Assembly (NCBI GenBank): GCA_905178155.1
Contig: CAJINV010000019.1
Span: forward strand, 14,237 to 78,236
DNA length: 64,000 nt
Reading direction: 5' to 3'
Source: Amoebophrya sp. A120
Lineage: Eukaryota; Protista; Dinoflagellata
In this document: positions 37,001-49,663 of the stretch, one piece after another
How the letters are laid out: every line of letters starts with the position of its first letter
Position numbering within the stretch: the stretch's first letter is position 1
Notes under the pieces: generated by a model
The model's database searches: none
What the model was told of the DNA's origin: nothing
What the model saw: the letters and a program-made list of their open reading frames with translations, nothing else
Made by a program: the position numbers and the translations under genes

Positions 37001-40000
37001 TGGCCGAGAGGTAAAAAAGAGGTCGACAGAGGTCAAAAAGAGGTCGACAGAGGTGGAGAGGTGGCGCGGGAGGTCATTCGAGAGGGTGGCCGAGAGGGTG
37101 CGCGAGTATAGCCCGCCGAAGGACTCGCCCTAAAGCCGCGCCTATGGGGCCCAGAGGTGGCCGAGAGGGTCCCGAGAGGGTAAGCGAGAGGGGGACAGAG
37201 GTGCCGAGAGGTTGCGCGAATAAGGGCACACCTCCCGCGCACCCTCTGGGCCACCTCTCGGCCACCTCTGTAGACCTCTACCGGCGAGTATAGCCGGATT
37301 ATTAGCAACACCTCTCGGGAGAGGTGAAAAAGAGGGTCTGCGAGAGGGTTAAAAGAAGCCGAATCCGCCCGGCACAGGGTCGATTCTTTTGGGGCTTTTT
37401 CATGCGTCGGCCCGCACCCTCTCGCGCCACCCCCTCGCGCACCCTCTCGCGCCACCCTCTCGCGCCACCCTCTCGCGCCACCCTCTCGCGCCATCCTCTC
37501 GCGCCACCCCCGCGCCCACAGCTTCCGCCTGGGAATCAGATGGGCGGGCGCGGGAGAGTGATCAACAAAGGGCAGCGCGGTCCCCGTTCTGCTTCGGCAC
37601 CTACGTCGCGGCGGCTTTTCTTCGCCCCCAAGCTTCGCTGCAGTTGCTCCCTGCGCATAGCGCCTAAAGGCGCGGGAAGCGCGCAGGGGCCCCTGCGGGT
37701 TGACATGGCGCAAGCCGGCGGCAGTACTTCCCTCGGCCTGTCACGCTGCCCCCAAAGCTCTTACGTCGCGGTCCGATCCGCAAATAGTCATACCCCAGCA
37801 CAACAGCCGTGCGCTCCGGCGTCAGCCGGAGCATGGCTGGTTTATACTAGTGCGATACTTTTGCAATGCATATCCAGCACTTTATTGCGCTTCAGGTGGT
37901 CGATTTTCTGGGGCAGTATCGCTTTGACCATTTCGGATGTCGAGTCGTCCAGGATTCGGTAGGGAAGGCAAACAACTTGAGATCCAGTATCGGACGTAGT
38001 TGCACATGCACCAGAAAGAACACCAGCATGAGCCGCGTCCGTGCTGGATGTTGAACTACTCCTGCCGTTATTTCTCTCTGCCCTCACGAGTTCCTCTAAC
38101 CTTTCCATGGCCAAGAGGCAGCGATTCAGTTGACTGATCGTCCAGTGCGGGATTTTGCGGTAGATCGCATTTCGCAAGGCCTCCACGATAAAAGCGTCCT
38201 TGTAAAACAGATTGTTTTTCGGCTCGTAGTATGCATTGCAGAAGTATCGCACTCGTCGTATAAAGGCTAGCATTACAGATCTGGTTTCCTACCATAGCAT
38301 ACCTGATTCCTGAATCACCATGACAAGTTTCACTTTTCTATCTACGAAAAAATTTGTCATGCGATTTGTACTAGTACGATAACTTTTTTTATTTGCAATG
38401 CATACGTAGCAGCGGTAGGGCGACTTGTTGTCTTCCTCGGACAGATAAGGCGTCGCGGGGTAGGGCTTTTTACTTGCGGAACTAATAGTACCGTTTTGAT
38501 TTGTCAGCATGTGTGCACGTTGGCCAGTATGAGTTGTTGTAATATCACTCTGCTGTGTGGAGAACTGGTCACGACCTGCAGTATTGTGATCGTCCTGGTG
38601 CGAGCAATAATTTTGTTCCAGATCATCTGGAAAGATGTCGTCGTTAGTTTTTCGTCGTTCATCTCGTTGTTGCCCTTGCGACGCTTTATTCGGGCCTTTT
38701 CCACCTTTCGTTAAGCGACCAACAACTTCTTCGCCAACTTTTTCTGGCTGGTGCGACGAGGAGCCACTGCTCTTTTGTTTCTTCCTCCGATGTTGATTTC
38801 TCCTGATTTCGCCGCGAGCTGCAGCACCGACATCATCTTCCGGGTGGTCACCATAGTATTTGTGATTGCCATACGACTTCTTTCCTGTCCTTGCCCTCAT
38901 GTATTCGCGCGCACGCAACACCCGCTCCCTTTCCAGATCCTGTTCTTTCCGCATTTGCATGGCCTGTTCCTCCCGCTTCACCTCGCTCCTGGCCATCTCC
39001 GGGCCCACCAACTCCACCAGACCCTCAAAGAGGATCGGGAGGTGATTCGCCTTGCCATCGAAAATGTTCGACTCGCCGCCGGAACTCGTATCAAATGTAA
39101 AAGTGTCTGGGTCTGGAAGGTTGAAACTTGTGATGCTAACTTTGGACTCTAAAAAAAAAAGAAATCTGTATTGCATGACCAGCAAGAGGAGTCTAGTTTG
39201 TACAACGGGGGCAGGGCATTTGTCATGCAGAGTAGCCACCAGGAAGCCCTCTAAAAATCTGTGATGCTAGGTCGTGCATTACAGACATCCTGGGCCATGC
39301 AAAATATGCATGACAAACCCGGCAACATTCCAGACCCAGACATTTTTGCATTTGATAACTCGTCGTGTAGAGCAATTTTGGGGCGAGCGAGAGAATCTCG
39401 TCGACCAGGCGCGGCGGGAGGACAATGGTGCTGGACGTGGAAGAGGAGGAGGAGGATACAGGAGTAGCAAAAGAATCGCCATTCTTGATCTTCTGACACT
39501 TCGCGAACTGGGCCATGGACCAGACCAAAGAGACAAAGTACTCCGGCTCCAGGAGGGAAATGATCACCTTGTTGTCAATGACGTCGATGTATTTCTGGAT
39601 CACTTCCGCGTCGATAACACTGGCTGCTCTTGAGGTTTTTCTCACGGGGAACATCATAGTGTTCCCCGCTGCGCCGGCCTGTGTCGCACCAGCAAATCTC
39701 TGTTCAGCAACATGATCCTGCAAGACGTTTGCGTGCACAAAGCTCCCGTCCCAGATCGCGGCGTCCGGGGAAAAAAATTCCGGATTGTGCTCCAGACCGT
39801 CGTCGTCTCGGTCGTCTTCATTGACTTCTCGTCCGGTGGTTGTCAACGTAGATCCAGACCCCGGAGTAGTAGTTGTTGATGACAAAAATAGGCACCTTTT
39901 CCGTTCCGTCTCACACAGGGCCGCGACGGCGCGAATCAACGGCACCAACTGCTCGCTCCCGTTTGGCCAGTTGAGCTCGGCATCGTAGGCGATTTTGAGG

Positions 40001-41190
40001 AACAAATCCTTGTGCGCGTAGTCCAACCGCGCATACGCCTCCACGATGATCCGGCACCCCTTGGGGCTGATCACGCCCGAGAAACTCCGCAGGTTAATCG
40101 CGGACGCGGGGCGGGAAGGCTGGAAATGAAACTGTTGCAAAGCGGAGTTGGATGATGTATTTGTCGCCCCACCTCCCCCGCCGCCGCCCAGGTGGTGCAG
40201 CAAAGACACGGCGGCCTGGTTCAAAAAATGGTCGTCGCGATGCCCCAGCCAGGAGAAGGCCTTCAACAGGACGGCCAGGTCATTCGGGCGGAAGTTGTGC
40301 ACCAGGCGCGCGCTCTGTTTCGCGAGGAAGGAGAGCATATGGATGTGTCAGGTTTGAAATCGTCAAAGTTGAAATAGTTTGTCATGCATAAAACGGATAC
40401 CAGTTAGACCTACAGTTTGCAGTCGGCGCATGACAAATTTTCCCGGTCCTGGAAGCGAGTCTGTCATGCGGTTTAGGGCAAAAGAGCTGCCTTCTGTCAT
40501 GCTAGTTAGCAGTCCAATTTTTGACTCTTACCAGGACTATAATCTGCCTCCCGTGGGCCCTCTGCAATAGCGTCACTTTTTGCATCGCATTTTATGCATT
40601 ACAAATTATTTCAACTTTGACGATTTCAACAAACCTGACGCTTCCATAGAGCAGGTGCTTGTCGTAGTACTTGGCCTGCATGAAGGCGTTGCAGACCGCG
40701 GTGAGTTTATCAAAGAAAAAAAGTTCGTCACGATCACTCATGCGCATTCTTGCAATACAAAATTGTTTGTCATGCGTAAAAATGCATCACAGCCACACTT
40801 CATTGATTAGCGATTTCCCTAGTGTTTCTGCAATACAAGGAAAGTTTGTGATGCTGAGAAAATTTGTAATGCAAAACCTGCAAGTTAGTGACTGTGACAA
40901 ACTTTTTTCTCTCCATAGAGCTGCTTCGGGTTGAAGGAGAAGTAGGCCGCCTTGCAGGCCTCCGCCGCGCGCGACCAGAAGTCGCGGTTGGTGACGTTGA
41001 TCTTGGGCGCCTTGTCGATGGTCGTGACCATTTCGTTGGTCGAGAGCTCGGGGAAGGGCCGGGGGAACCACCCGGTGGTGGTTTTGCGCTGGCGCCAAAT
41101 GCCGCGGGCACACAGGTTGTCCCAGAAATCATATTCATCGAGGCGAGGGGGCTTGGCACGGCGACGGCGGGAACAGGAAAGAAAGAACAT
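34029..41190 (-). CDS. Large (~1600 aa) protein with N-terminal heptatricopeptide/FAST-like helical repeats
   Basis: FNPKQLTAVCNAF, FRPNDLAVLLKAFSWLGHRD, ISPKGCRIIVEAYARLDYAH resemble myzozoan HPR repeats. Frame continuous across six introners into ORF 34029..36080. Confidence 0.7.
36163..36514. mobile_element. Introner family C
   Basis: TSD cgaag/cgaag; inverted near-copy of 48282..48593. Confidence 0.9.
36945..37840 (+). mobile_element. Helitron-like non-autonomous element nested in introner 36825..37872
   Basis: 3' hairpin GCTCCGGC-GTCA-GCCGGAGC (37813-37832) then CTGG|T. A^T junction, no TSD, TCTATTATA near the 5' end, internal 12-13-bp tandem repeats. Confidence 0.6.
37410..37512. repeat. 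13-bp tandem repeat (CGCCACCCTCTCG)n
   Basis: About 7 units read directly. Complementary AGAGGGTGGCCG-like units at 36975-37210. Confidence 0.85.
38230..38404. mobile_element. Introner family D
   Basis: TSD cgtag/cgtag. Confidence 0.9.
39089..39357. mobile_element. Introner family A
   Basis: TSD actcg/actcg; inverted near-copy of 47566. Confidence 0.9.
40338..40648. mobile_element. Introner family F
   Basis: TIR TATGGA.G.GTCAGGTTTG..AAATCGTCAAAGTTGAAATA; TSD gagca/gagca. Confidence 0.9.
40708..40917. mobile_element. Introner family G
   Basis: TSD gagtt/gagct. Confidence 0.88.
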
Positions 41191-43211
41191 GAAATAAAGC
41201 GGATGGAGAAGTTCTTAGAGGTTTATTTTGGAGCGCCGGTGAACAAAACGATAGCGCGACTCTGGGAATGATCGGCCCGATGACTTTTATTCTAGGTCCA
41301 CACAGAACTACACTCAGAACCTACGATGTAAAGATTAGACGGTGGCGAAGGTGTCGCGCGGAACACATCCAATCATGCAGATGAGAAGTCAGTGACCCAA
41401 AAGTGGCTGAAGATGATCCTTCGGAATTGCTTCGGTGCGAGAATAACACCACACGTGGTGGCGCAACCGGTTTTTCAATGCAGTCCCAAGTCAAATCTGA
41501 CACCGGGCACTGCAACCCTTGAAGCGAATGGACTTGCCCATGTGCTACCAACCAGCCCGACGATGCCGGCCACCGAAAAGAGATCAAATGGAAAAAATGT
41601 GAGCAGCCAACGCACGGCTGCTCCCGCCGACAACTAAAATCGACAATGCTGCCGCGAGCAGGCACCGTGTGGACGCGGCGCCGGCGCGGCATCAGTCTCG
41701 CCCTCCCAAAGACAAAGAGGGGCGCAAAGGATGCCGGCCGACACCAAAAAAAAAAGCCGCGCAGGCACGCCACAGGCAGAGAGGGCGGCACAGGGGGGCG
41801 CAGGCACGCAGGCAACAGGGCGCCGGCTCCGTTTGGATCGATGGCGCGCGGGGAAGGCAGGCCAGGGCGGGGCGGGCCGGCACAAAACACGAAGGGCCCG
41901 CCCGCTTGCGCGAGGGAGCGGGGGGGCGTCCGGCTAACGGCAAAAACCGCCGCCCGGGCCCCCCGCACTAGCAATCGGGCCCGTCGGTAATGGCCACACG
42001 GAAACAGGGGCGGGGGCAGCGGGGGGGCGGGGGCCGCCGGCTGCACCAAGGCAACAGAAACACGGGCGCGCGCCGCCGCTTTCTCCCTCATACGTTTGCA
42101 AACGCTCTGCGGCGCCCAAAAGTTTGCGAAGCGCGTTAGGACCGCCACGGCAGCCCCTCGGTTGGCTCGTATGTCGCCCGCGGGCGGCTCCTGCAACAGT
42201 GGGCGGGCGGCCTTTGCTGGAAGGCCGCGCGCGGCGCCGACACCGCTCCGGCACGCGCGGGCGTGGGCCCACGCCTGGCAGGGGGAACACTGCGCCGGCA
42301 ATCACCCCCGCGAAGGTCGGGCCCCATGCTCGCCGTGCTGCGTGCCGGCTCACCGTCGTGCTGCCCCTGCCTTCTCAGCCTCGCGCGGTCGATCACGTTC
42401 TCTCATCACGTCGGAGTGGGCGACGGACGAGGAAGGCGGTAGGCGAGGTCGGGCGCCCCTCCTACCTGGAGTCCCGGCGGCAGGCTGTAGGACGCGGCGC
42501 CTGGTATGGGATTCCGCGACACAGTTGCACCAATGCGCGCCAGCTCAAACTGTCGGCGGCGCCAAATCGTACGCCACCGTGTGCGCTGTCTCCCCACAAA
42601 GGCTGGGGCAGGCCTTTCCAAATCTAGCAAACTGCAGGGCGGCACTTGAAGCGCCGCCACTTCAGCGCTAGCAAAGGCACGGCGATCACCGCGATGAGTA
42701 AGCCGCGGCCAAATTCGGGAGACACGCGCGCGGGCGTTTTCGTTTGGATTCCACGCAGCACTGCCGAGATGCCCGCGCTTTCGTGCGTCGGCAGTCCCTT
42801 GGAGCGCGCCAATGAAACTTTTGCGAGTCGAGGACACAGATATCCTGTCGACCACCATAAATCCAAACGACAAGGGAAAGAACACCGCTGGCAATCGTCG
42901 TTCCTTCGATTTAAGGAACTCGTGAGTGTAAATAGTTCCAACAATTATATGATGGGCGAGCTTTTTTTCGCCATATTTCAGCGAAACTTTTCTTCTCTGA
43001 CTTGCACGCTTTTCATCATCATTCACGGAAACAGTGTGTATTAAAAACGCGGCTGCCGCTGCACCGAAGAACAAGATACCGATACGGCTGCGCAGCTTCG
43101 AGCTCAAATATTCTTTACGCCGTGCGCTAGAGCAACTTCACAAGTCTTATCCTATCCTCCTCCACACGGTTCAAAACCACTTCCATCATAAGTTCCAGCA
43201 AATCTATCTTG

Positions 43212-45127
43212 TCAAAAGTAGTCCAATCCGAACACGCGGGTTCTGAAAAACTCCAAGAGCGGCCACCCGAGCATGAAGTGCGGGCCCAGCCGCAAAAAGG
43301 TCGCGGCGAAGCCCTTGTACAGCGCCAAAACCCCCTCCTTGTTCACCGTCGCGAAGAAGCACTTTTTCGTCGACCGAAACTGGTACCCTTCCCTCTCCTG
43401 GCCGAGCAGCAGCCCTATCGGGCGGTCGTTCATCACGCGCGTCTTGACCAGGTCCACCGGCGTGGATAGAACCGAGGAGCAAAACCCGGAAATCAACCCG
43501 CAAAGCGTGAACAACTGCCAGTTTTGGTCCATCTGCTTCTCGTGGATCAGGTACTTCTTCGACCAATCGTAGCTGGTGATCTGCGCCGCGGTCACTATCG
43601 ACGCCCGGAGCATGTTGGGCATCACCCCACGGAACAACAACTTGTCGGCTTGCAGGCCCTGAAACGCTTCCAGCGTGTTTTTGAACTGGGGTTCGGATCC
43701 CTGGTAGAGCCCGGTGGTGTACACGTACCTCGCCGTTTGTATGGGACTCTCAGACGTTACATTCTCAACTGTTGCATGAATTTGTCATGCAAAATTGGCG
43801 CCAGCATCTACATGACCAAGCTGCTTCGCATGACAAGTTCTCGACGCGCTAGATAGCATTACAATCTGCTCCAAAACTCTAATGCAAAAGGCGCAACCTT
43901 TTCCCTTGCACTTTTACCATTCTTGCATTACAAATTTCATGTAACAGTTGAGAATATAACGTTTGAGAACACCATAGTTTGTTGCTCGTGAAGGAAAAAC
44001 TCCGCGGCTTTTTCCTGCTTCGATTTCGGAAGAAGATTGCGGAGAAAGGATGTTGTCGTAGCGGTGGACACAGGGCGAGGCTTGTGGTTCTTCGGAGCTG
44101 CGTCTAGCCTTGGTTTTGACCTGCTCGTCAGCGTGGAGTACCAGCGTAAATCGTATTTCATCTTACCGGTAGTTGTAGAGCGAGCTGCGCCACTGCCACT
44201 CCCGTGACCGGCGGGTGAAGCATTGCTAGAACTAGTACTGCTCCCACCTCCGGCTGCGTTGCCTTCGGAACTGAAACCAAGCCCGCCTCCCTGGTTCATC
44301 GTTCCGACTATTTCTTGTCCACCATGTTGGTTCACACTCTCATAAATCGTCTTCAAGCTCGGGGGAGGATTGTACGGATAGCTCGGGTATGCCGCTTTCA
44401 TCTTCAAATTGATTTTTTCAACATTCACATTTTTCTTCCCATTCGTCCCTTTCTCGCCAAATGACCCGAAACCGCTCGTCATCTTCTGGTCCCTCGGTTT
44501 CGGATCACACCTTTCCAGCCTGCCGTTTTCCACTTGGAAGCGCACTTTGATCAAATCAAACGGGTTTGCGCAAAACGACCCGAACATTCCGGTGAGGATC
44601 CCGGACAGAAACGCGATGGTGGGGGATTCGGTCCGCCCTGTTGGGTCGTGGAACTGATCGTGAAGTAGGTCTTTCACCATCGGGTAGATCCCCACCCGCA
44701 GACCCCCGTTGATCACATCCCGACAGACGCTGGCGGTGAGCCCGGGGAGCCACAGCCCGTGAATCACCCCATCCTCAATGGCGATGCGCTGCAAGGCATG
44801 GAGTGTGGATTTGTAGTATTTTGGAGTTGTAATTTGATAGCCGTTGATGTTGTTCATCTGATTGTTCATCTGCAGCTGGTTTTGCACCTGAAGCCGGACT
44901 TTTACCACATCAAACGGGTTCAGAATCACGGACGCCGTGCTGGCCGCCAGACTCGCGGCGGCGATCTGCTTCACACCTGTGTAGAATTGGTCGTCAAAAG
45001 GTTGGAGCAGTTTGTTCCGCGGGACCTCGACGTTTTGGCTATCGAATCGCTCCCCGGCGGCTTCGCGCATGCGAAACACCTGCTCCTGTGGAGAGGAGGC
45101 GGCGGAGTAAGAGATGAGGTTGCCCAT
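43212..45127 (-). CDS. Mitochondrial carrier (SLC25; UCP/dicarboxylate-oxoglutarate-like)
   Basis: Three Px[DE]xx[KR] motifs (PFDVVKVR, PFDLIKVR, PVDLVKTR) plus EGVLALYKGF...RLGPH. One introner at 43740. Confidence 0.92.
43740..43976. mobile_element. Introner family E
   Basis: TSD gtttg/gtttg. Confidence 0.9.
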
Positions 45128-46061
45128 CGTGATAATCTAGTGGTGCAACAACTGCAAGACAAAGTAGTATGTACTTACAGCGGCAGAGTAAAGGTTGGAA
45201 AAGGAAACACAAAAAATTCAAAAATGAACTACTTAAACAGACTACTACCAGTGGTAGTGCTCAATCACTAATGAGAAAGAAACGAAACTGATCCTACAAA
45301 ATTCCAGCGATTGGGTAATGAAGTGCCTGCTAGTAGTACAACAGCGTGTGATTGTACTAGGTGAATTAGGAAAAAAGGTTATAAACTACACACTTTGGGT
45401 TTACATATTGGGGTGAAACAAAGCGAATGAAGTTCTGTAGACCACAAATATATTAAATGGACCTGGTGTTAATGATCCTAGACGAAACGCAAACAGCAGT
45501 CACTCAGAAGTCCGAGCATAAGCAAAGAGGAAAGCAGCACAACGCGGAACATCATGTGACATCAGTTCATCTTTTTTTACCGTTCGTGCATCAAAAGGCA
45601 CCTTCAATTCTTTTCTTGATTGCAACTTCCAGAAAACTGATTGGAAAACTGAGCCAAGGCGGTCGTCCTCCGGAAGATCTTCCACCTGCTGCTTGTCCTA
45701 GATCATTCCAGGGCAGCTCCTCGATGCCTGAAATTGAATCTAGTTACAACCACAGATGGATTATAATATTACGTGCAGGCGCACAGGCACAGGTATTGAC
45801 TAACACTGGGCTCTTACTCGCAGCGGCATAACAAGCAAGAAGCAACAGTTGGAGGTCGCACAATATGTTCATCTACATGAGGTCGTCTGTTCTTAATTAC
45901 TAGCTTCAAAATTTCCAAAACAATTTCAAAAAATGCTGCGTAAAGTGGTCAACATTTTCATCGCGTGCCGACGATCTAGTGTACGAATCAGAAAGACGGA
46001 GCCGGAACAAATCTCAGTGCCGCTAGTACCAGGAAGTAGCCGCCTTCACCAGCATGATCTA

Positions 46062-49000
46062 TCACCTCCGCACTGGCTGAAAGTCATGACCCAGCATCAC
46101 GGGGTCGTGGAATTTCAGCGCTTCGTTTGGCGGAGCTCCGAATCCTATTGATACGGGCTTCGTCTCCGGCTGCTCGACAATCCAGGGGTGGGCGAGGGCG
46201 TGCGCCACCGATATTCGCGCATCCGGATCGACTGCGAGCATTCTGTTTTGTGCATGGTTTCTTGTTTTTGTGCATCAAAACGAGCATCAACACTTCAGCT
46301 TTTGTAAGGCAAATGCAAAAGCAACAGCAGCTCTGCATGACAAAGAATTATCAATTAACCCCGTCAGTTGGGTAAATCATTCAAGGTGCATTGTACCGAT
46401 TCACCAAGTCCCTGCACGGCGCGGAAATGTGACCCCAATAGTTTTCGTCAAACAGCGGGCCGTCTGCGAAGTTCGTGGGCGGGTAAAACGGCTCATACCC
46501 GGCGAGCATGCGGAAGAGAATGACCCCCAGCGCGAAGACGTCGATCGCGAAGCCGTAGTCACACTGGTCTATCATTTCCGGCGCGAAATACCCGGATGTC
46601 CCACGCAGCCCGGTGAAGGGAATTTGAAACTTCTTCGTGCGCGGGTTCAAATATCCTGTATAAACGTATCGTACTCGTATTGCAATCATGCATTACAAAT
46701 CTTTTCTTACTGTAAATCCGCATTACAGATTTTATCTCTCATGCTGCGGACATTTGTAATGCATTTATACGAGTACGATACTTTTGCAGTTCATATCAAA
46801 TCCACTTTTTCGGTCAGACCAAAGTCGCACAGCTGGACGATAAATTTCCCATGGTCTTCACGAAGCAAAAGGTTGTGGGGCTTCATGTCGCCGTGAATGA
46901 GCGAGAGTTGATCTGCAATGTTTATAATTACGTCGATTTTCGTTGTAGTTGTACTTATCGTTGTCGTGCAAGAATGCAAAGAATGCACGAGAAGTTGTAG
47001 TACATGTAATCAAAGCAACAGCAAATAATTTCTCATGCGAACAAAACACGCATACGAAACAAAGAACGAAACTGATAAAGCACAAGCGAATGATCTTACT
47101 GTGGAACACGTCCAGCGCACGGAGGACCTGCGCTAAGAAATTTCTCCCTTCCGATTCCAGTATGGTGTCGCCATACCGTATCTTGTCCCACAAGTCTCCC
47201 GACGGCAGGTAGGGGGTTATCAAAATCACCGCGGCCTGCGTTTCTTCCATCGCTTATCAAATGCAAAAGTGTCTGGGTCTGGAAGGATGTAACTTGTGAT
47301 GCGCATTTCAGAACACACAAAAATCTCTGATGCATAGGCAGCAAAACCCTGCTCACTTTCTGTCACGAAAGTGGGGGATTTGTCATGCGGATTCGGCATT
47401 GCGGAAGCTTCTCGAAACCTGTGATGCTAGAGCTTCCACGCCAGACCTTCTGTGCCATGCAGAAACAGCATGACTCTTCCAGACCCAGACATTTTTACAT
47501 TTGATATCGCTAAGAGCGGGACGATGTGCGGGTGCCAGGGGAGGGATTCGTGCAACTTGGCCTCGTATGGATTGCAAAAGTGTCTGGGTCTGGAATGTTG
47601 CCGGGTTTGTCATGCATATTTTGCATGACCCAGGATGTCCGTAATGCACGGCCTAGCATCACAGATTTTTAGAGGGCTTCCTGATGCCTACTCCGCATGA
47701 CAAATGCCCTCCCCGCGTAGCACAAACTAGACTCCTCTTGCTGGTCATGCAATACAGATTTTTTTAGAAGAGTCCACAGTTGTTAGCATCACAAGTTACA
47801 ACATTCCAGACCCAGACATTTTTGCATTTGATACCTCGAACTGGGCCCGCGGAAGCTCGCTCGCCGAGGAGCCGGACGCTTATCAAAGTGAAAAAAGCCC
47901 CCACCCCATATTCAAAAGACAATTTGTGTTGCTGGATTTGTGTACACGAATGAGTTTTGTATTGCAGCAAGAGCTTGTAGGCATATTCTAAGCCCATTCG
48001 GGTCCGCAGCTGGCTAGCAGCTGAGCATGGGAAACAAGTCGCACATAGGCGAAAACGCACGACAGACTCGCTGCACAATGCGCCACATGGGTGCCGTTTG
48101 CCTTGTACGCAAGACAAAGCTTATTCGTGGTCACAAATTAGCATCACAGATCTCCTTTTCGATACGGGAAGGAGAGATTTTTCCTCACAATAACGTGGTT
48201 AGAATCTTTTCCTTGTCGACGATTTTTATGGCGACTTGCTCGTCCCCGGAGTACACCGAGGAGTTCGAATCCGTGGCGTTCTATCAAAATGAAAAATCCC
48301 CCCACCCCATACTCAACCTAGAAATTTGTGATGCAGATTTGTGGTCACAAATCAGCTCTGTCATGCTAGAAGGGAAAAGATGCGGACTCTAGTGCTGGTT
48401 GGCGTGGGAAAGCCTTGCATCTTCAGCATGACAGGGGGCAGCTGGAAGTGGGGAACAGCATGACAAATTGCCTGCAAACGAGGCCACAGCTGCGTCTCTT
48501 GGCCTTCTAGCATTACAAGTCGACTTGTGTACTCAAATACAGCATCACAAATTTCGTTTTCGATATGGGGAGGGGGTATTTTTCACTTAAATACGTTCGC
48601 GTTGCTGGTTCCGTGCAGAACGATGGCGGTCAACCCCGTTGCGTAAATGGGCTGAATGTCGTCCCGGGCCGCGTAATATCCTGTGCAAAAGTATCGTACT
48701 AGTATAAATCGCAATACAAATTAGCTCAGCATTACAAATTAGATTTGTAATGCTGATTTGCCTTAACAACTAGATTTGTAATGCGTAACTGCAATTAGTA
48801 CGAGTACGATACTTTTGCAGTTCATACGTAACGGCGGGAGAGGGTGCTGTTGTGGAACTTCTCAAACGCCCGTGCCACCGTCATCTGCGCGGCGCTTATC
48901 GTAAGGAAACATCCCCCCTCTCCATATCGAAACGGTACGTCTCAGAAGATTTGCAATGCTGATTTGTACCCACAAATCGTCTCTGTCTTGCAAGAACGCA

Positions 49001-49663
49001 ACCGCACAACTCTCCCGCACTCTGCAGGCGGTTTGTGATGCTGTTGGCCCTACAGCCCAGAGGTTTTCCATGCTCAGCGCCTAGCCCAAGACTTCCCTAC
49101 TCAGGCTTAGTATAGGCCTGCCGTCCACTCCAGCAAGATAAATCTGATTTGTGTACGCAAATCCAGCATCAGAAACTTCGTTTTGATATTGGGAGGGGGG
49201 ATTTTTCCTTTTGATAGCGTTGGCAAGCCCAGACGGGCTGCGGGTAAACTGGGTCAGATTGGTCGGAATTTTGTGCAAGATGGCGTGGTGGGCCTGTAGC
49301 TGTAGTTTTAGTTCTGATTCTTATTGCACTCTTTCTCCTCCGCTTCGGCTGTATTGGCGGCGAGCCTGTGGCGGTCCTCGTGCGAGTAGTTGTACTCTTG
49401 TGGTGGACTGCAGATCTCTTGGCACAAATTCTCAGGAGCGCCGCAAGTTCGTGTTGCGAGGTACTATCGCTATCGGTAGCAAGAAGTGCTGCTGTTTTTA
49501 TTGCGTCCGCAGTGTTGTAATCACGCAGGGGTGTGGACGATGCTGGGTAAGAAGCTTTTTCATCCGCACACAGCGCAGAAGGTTTTTTGCGTGCAAATTT
49601 CCTCGTCTCCGGCCCGGCGCGCTCGGTGTAATGAGCTGAAGACGAGGCTCCTCTGCTAGACAT
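46062..49663 (-). CDS. Ser/Thr protein kinase (CAMK-like)
   Basis: VAIKIVDK, HPHIV, HGDMKPHNLL, DFG, GTSGYFAPE, DVFALGV, HPW. Seven introners and GT-AG introns; first exon uncertain. Confidence 0.9.
46652..46795. mobile_element. Introner family D
   Basis: TSD tcaaa/tcaaa; lies in the kinase activation loop. Confidence 0.9.
47255..47506. mobile_element. Introner family A
   Basis: TSD tcgct/tcgct. Confidence 0.9.
47566..47833. mobile_element. Introner family A
   Basis: TSD cctcg/cctcg. Confidence 0.9.
47881..48192. mobile_element. Introner family C
   Basis: Flanks acgct/acgtg. Confidence 0.85.
48282..48593. mobile_element. Introner family C
   Basis: TSD cgttc/cgttc. Confidence 0.9.
48677..48826. 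mobile_element. Introner family D
   Basis: TSD cgtaa/cgtaa. Confidence 0.9.
48897..49216. mobile_element. Introner family C
   Basis: TSD gcgct/gcgtt. Confidence 0.88.

Larger units (their letters stand above)
36825..37872. mobile_element. Introner family D carrying a ~0.9-kb insert
   Basis: TSD tccag/tccag; gives KVLEVLSQ. Confidence 0.88.

Noticed and set aside
41321-42671. Long R/A/P-rich ORFs here, at 53333..54265 and at 37033..37962
   Set aside because: Stop-poor GC-rich DNA, open on both strands, with no recognisable domains.
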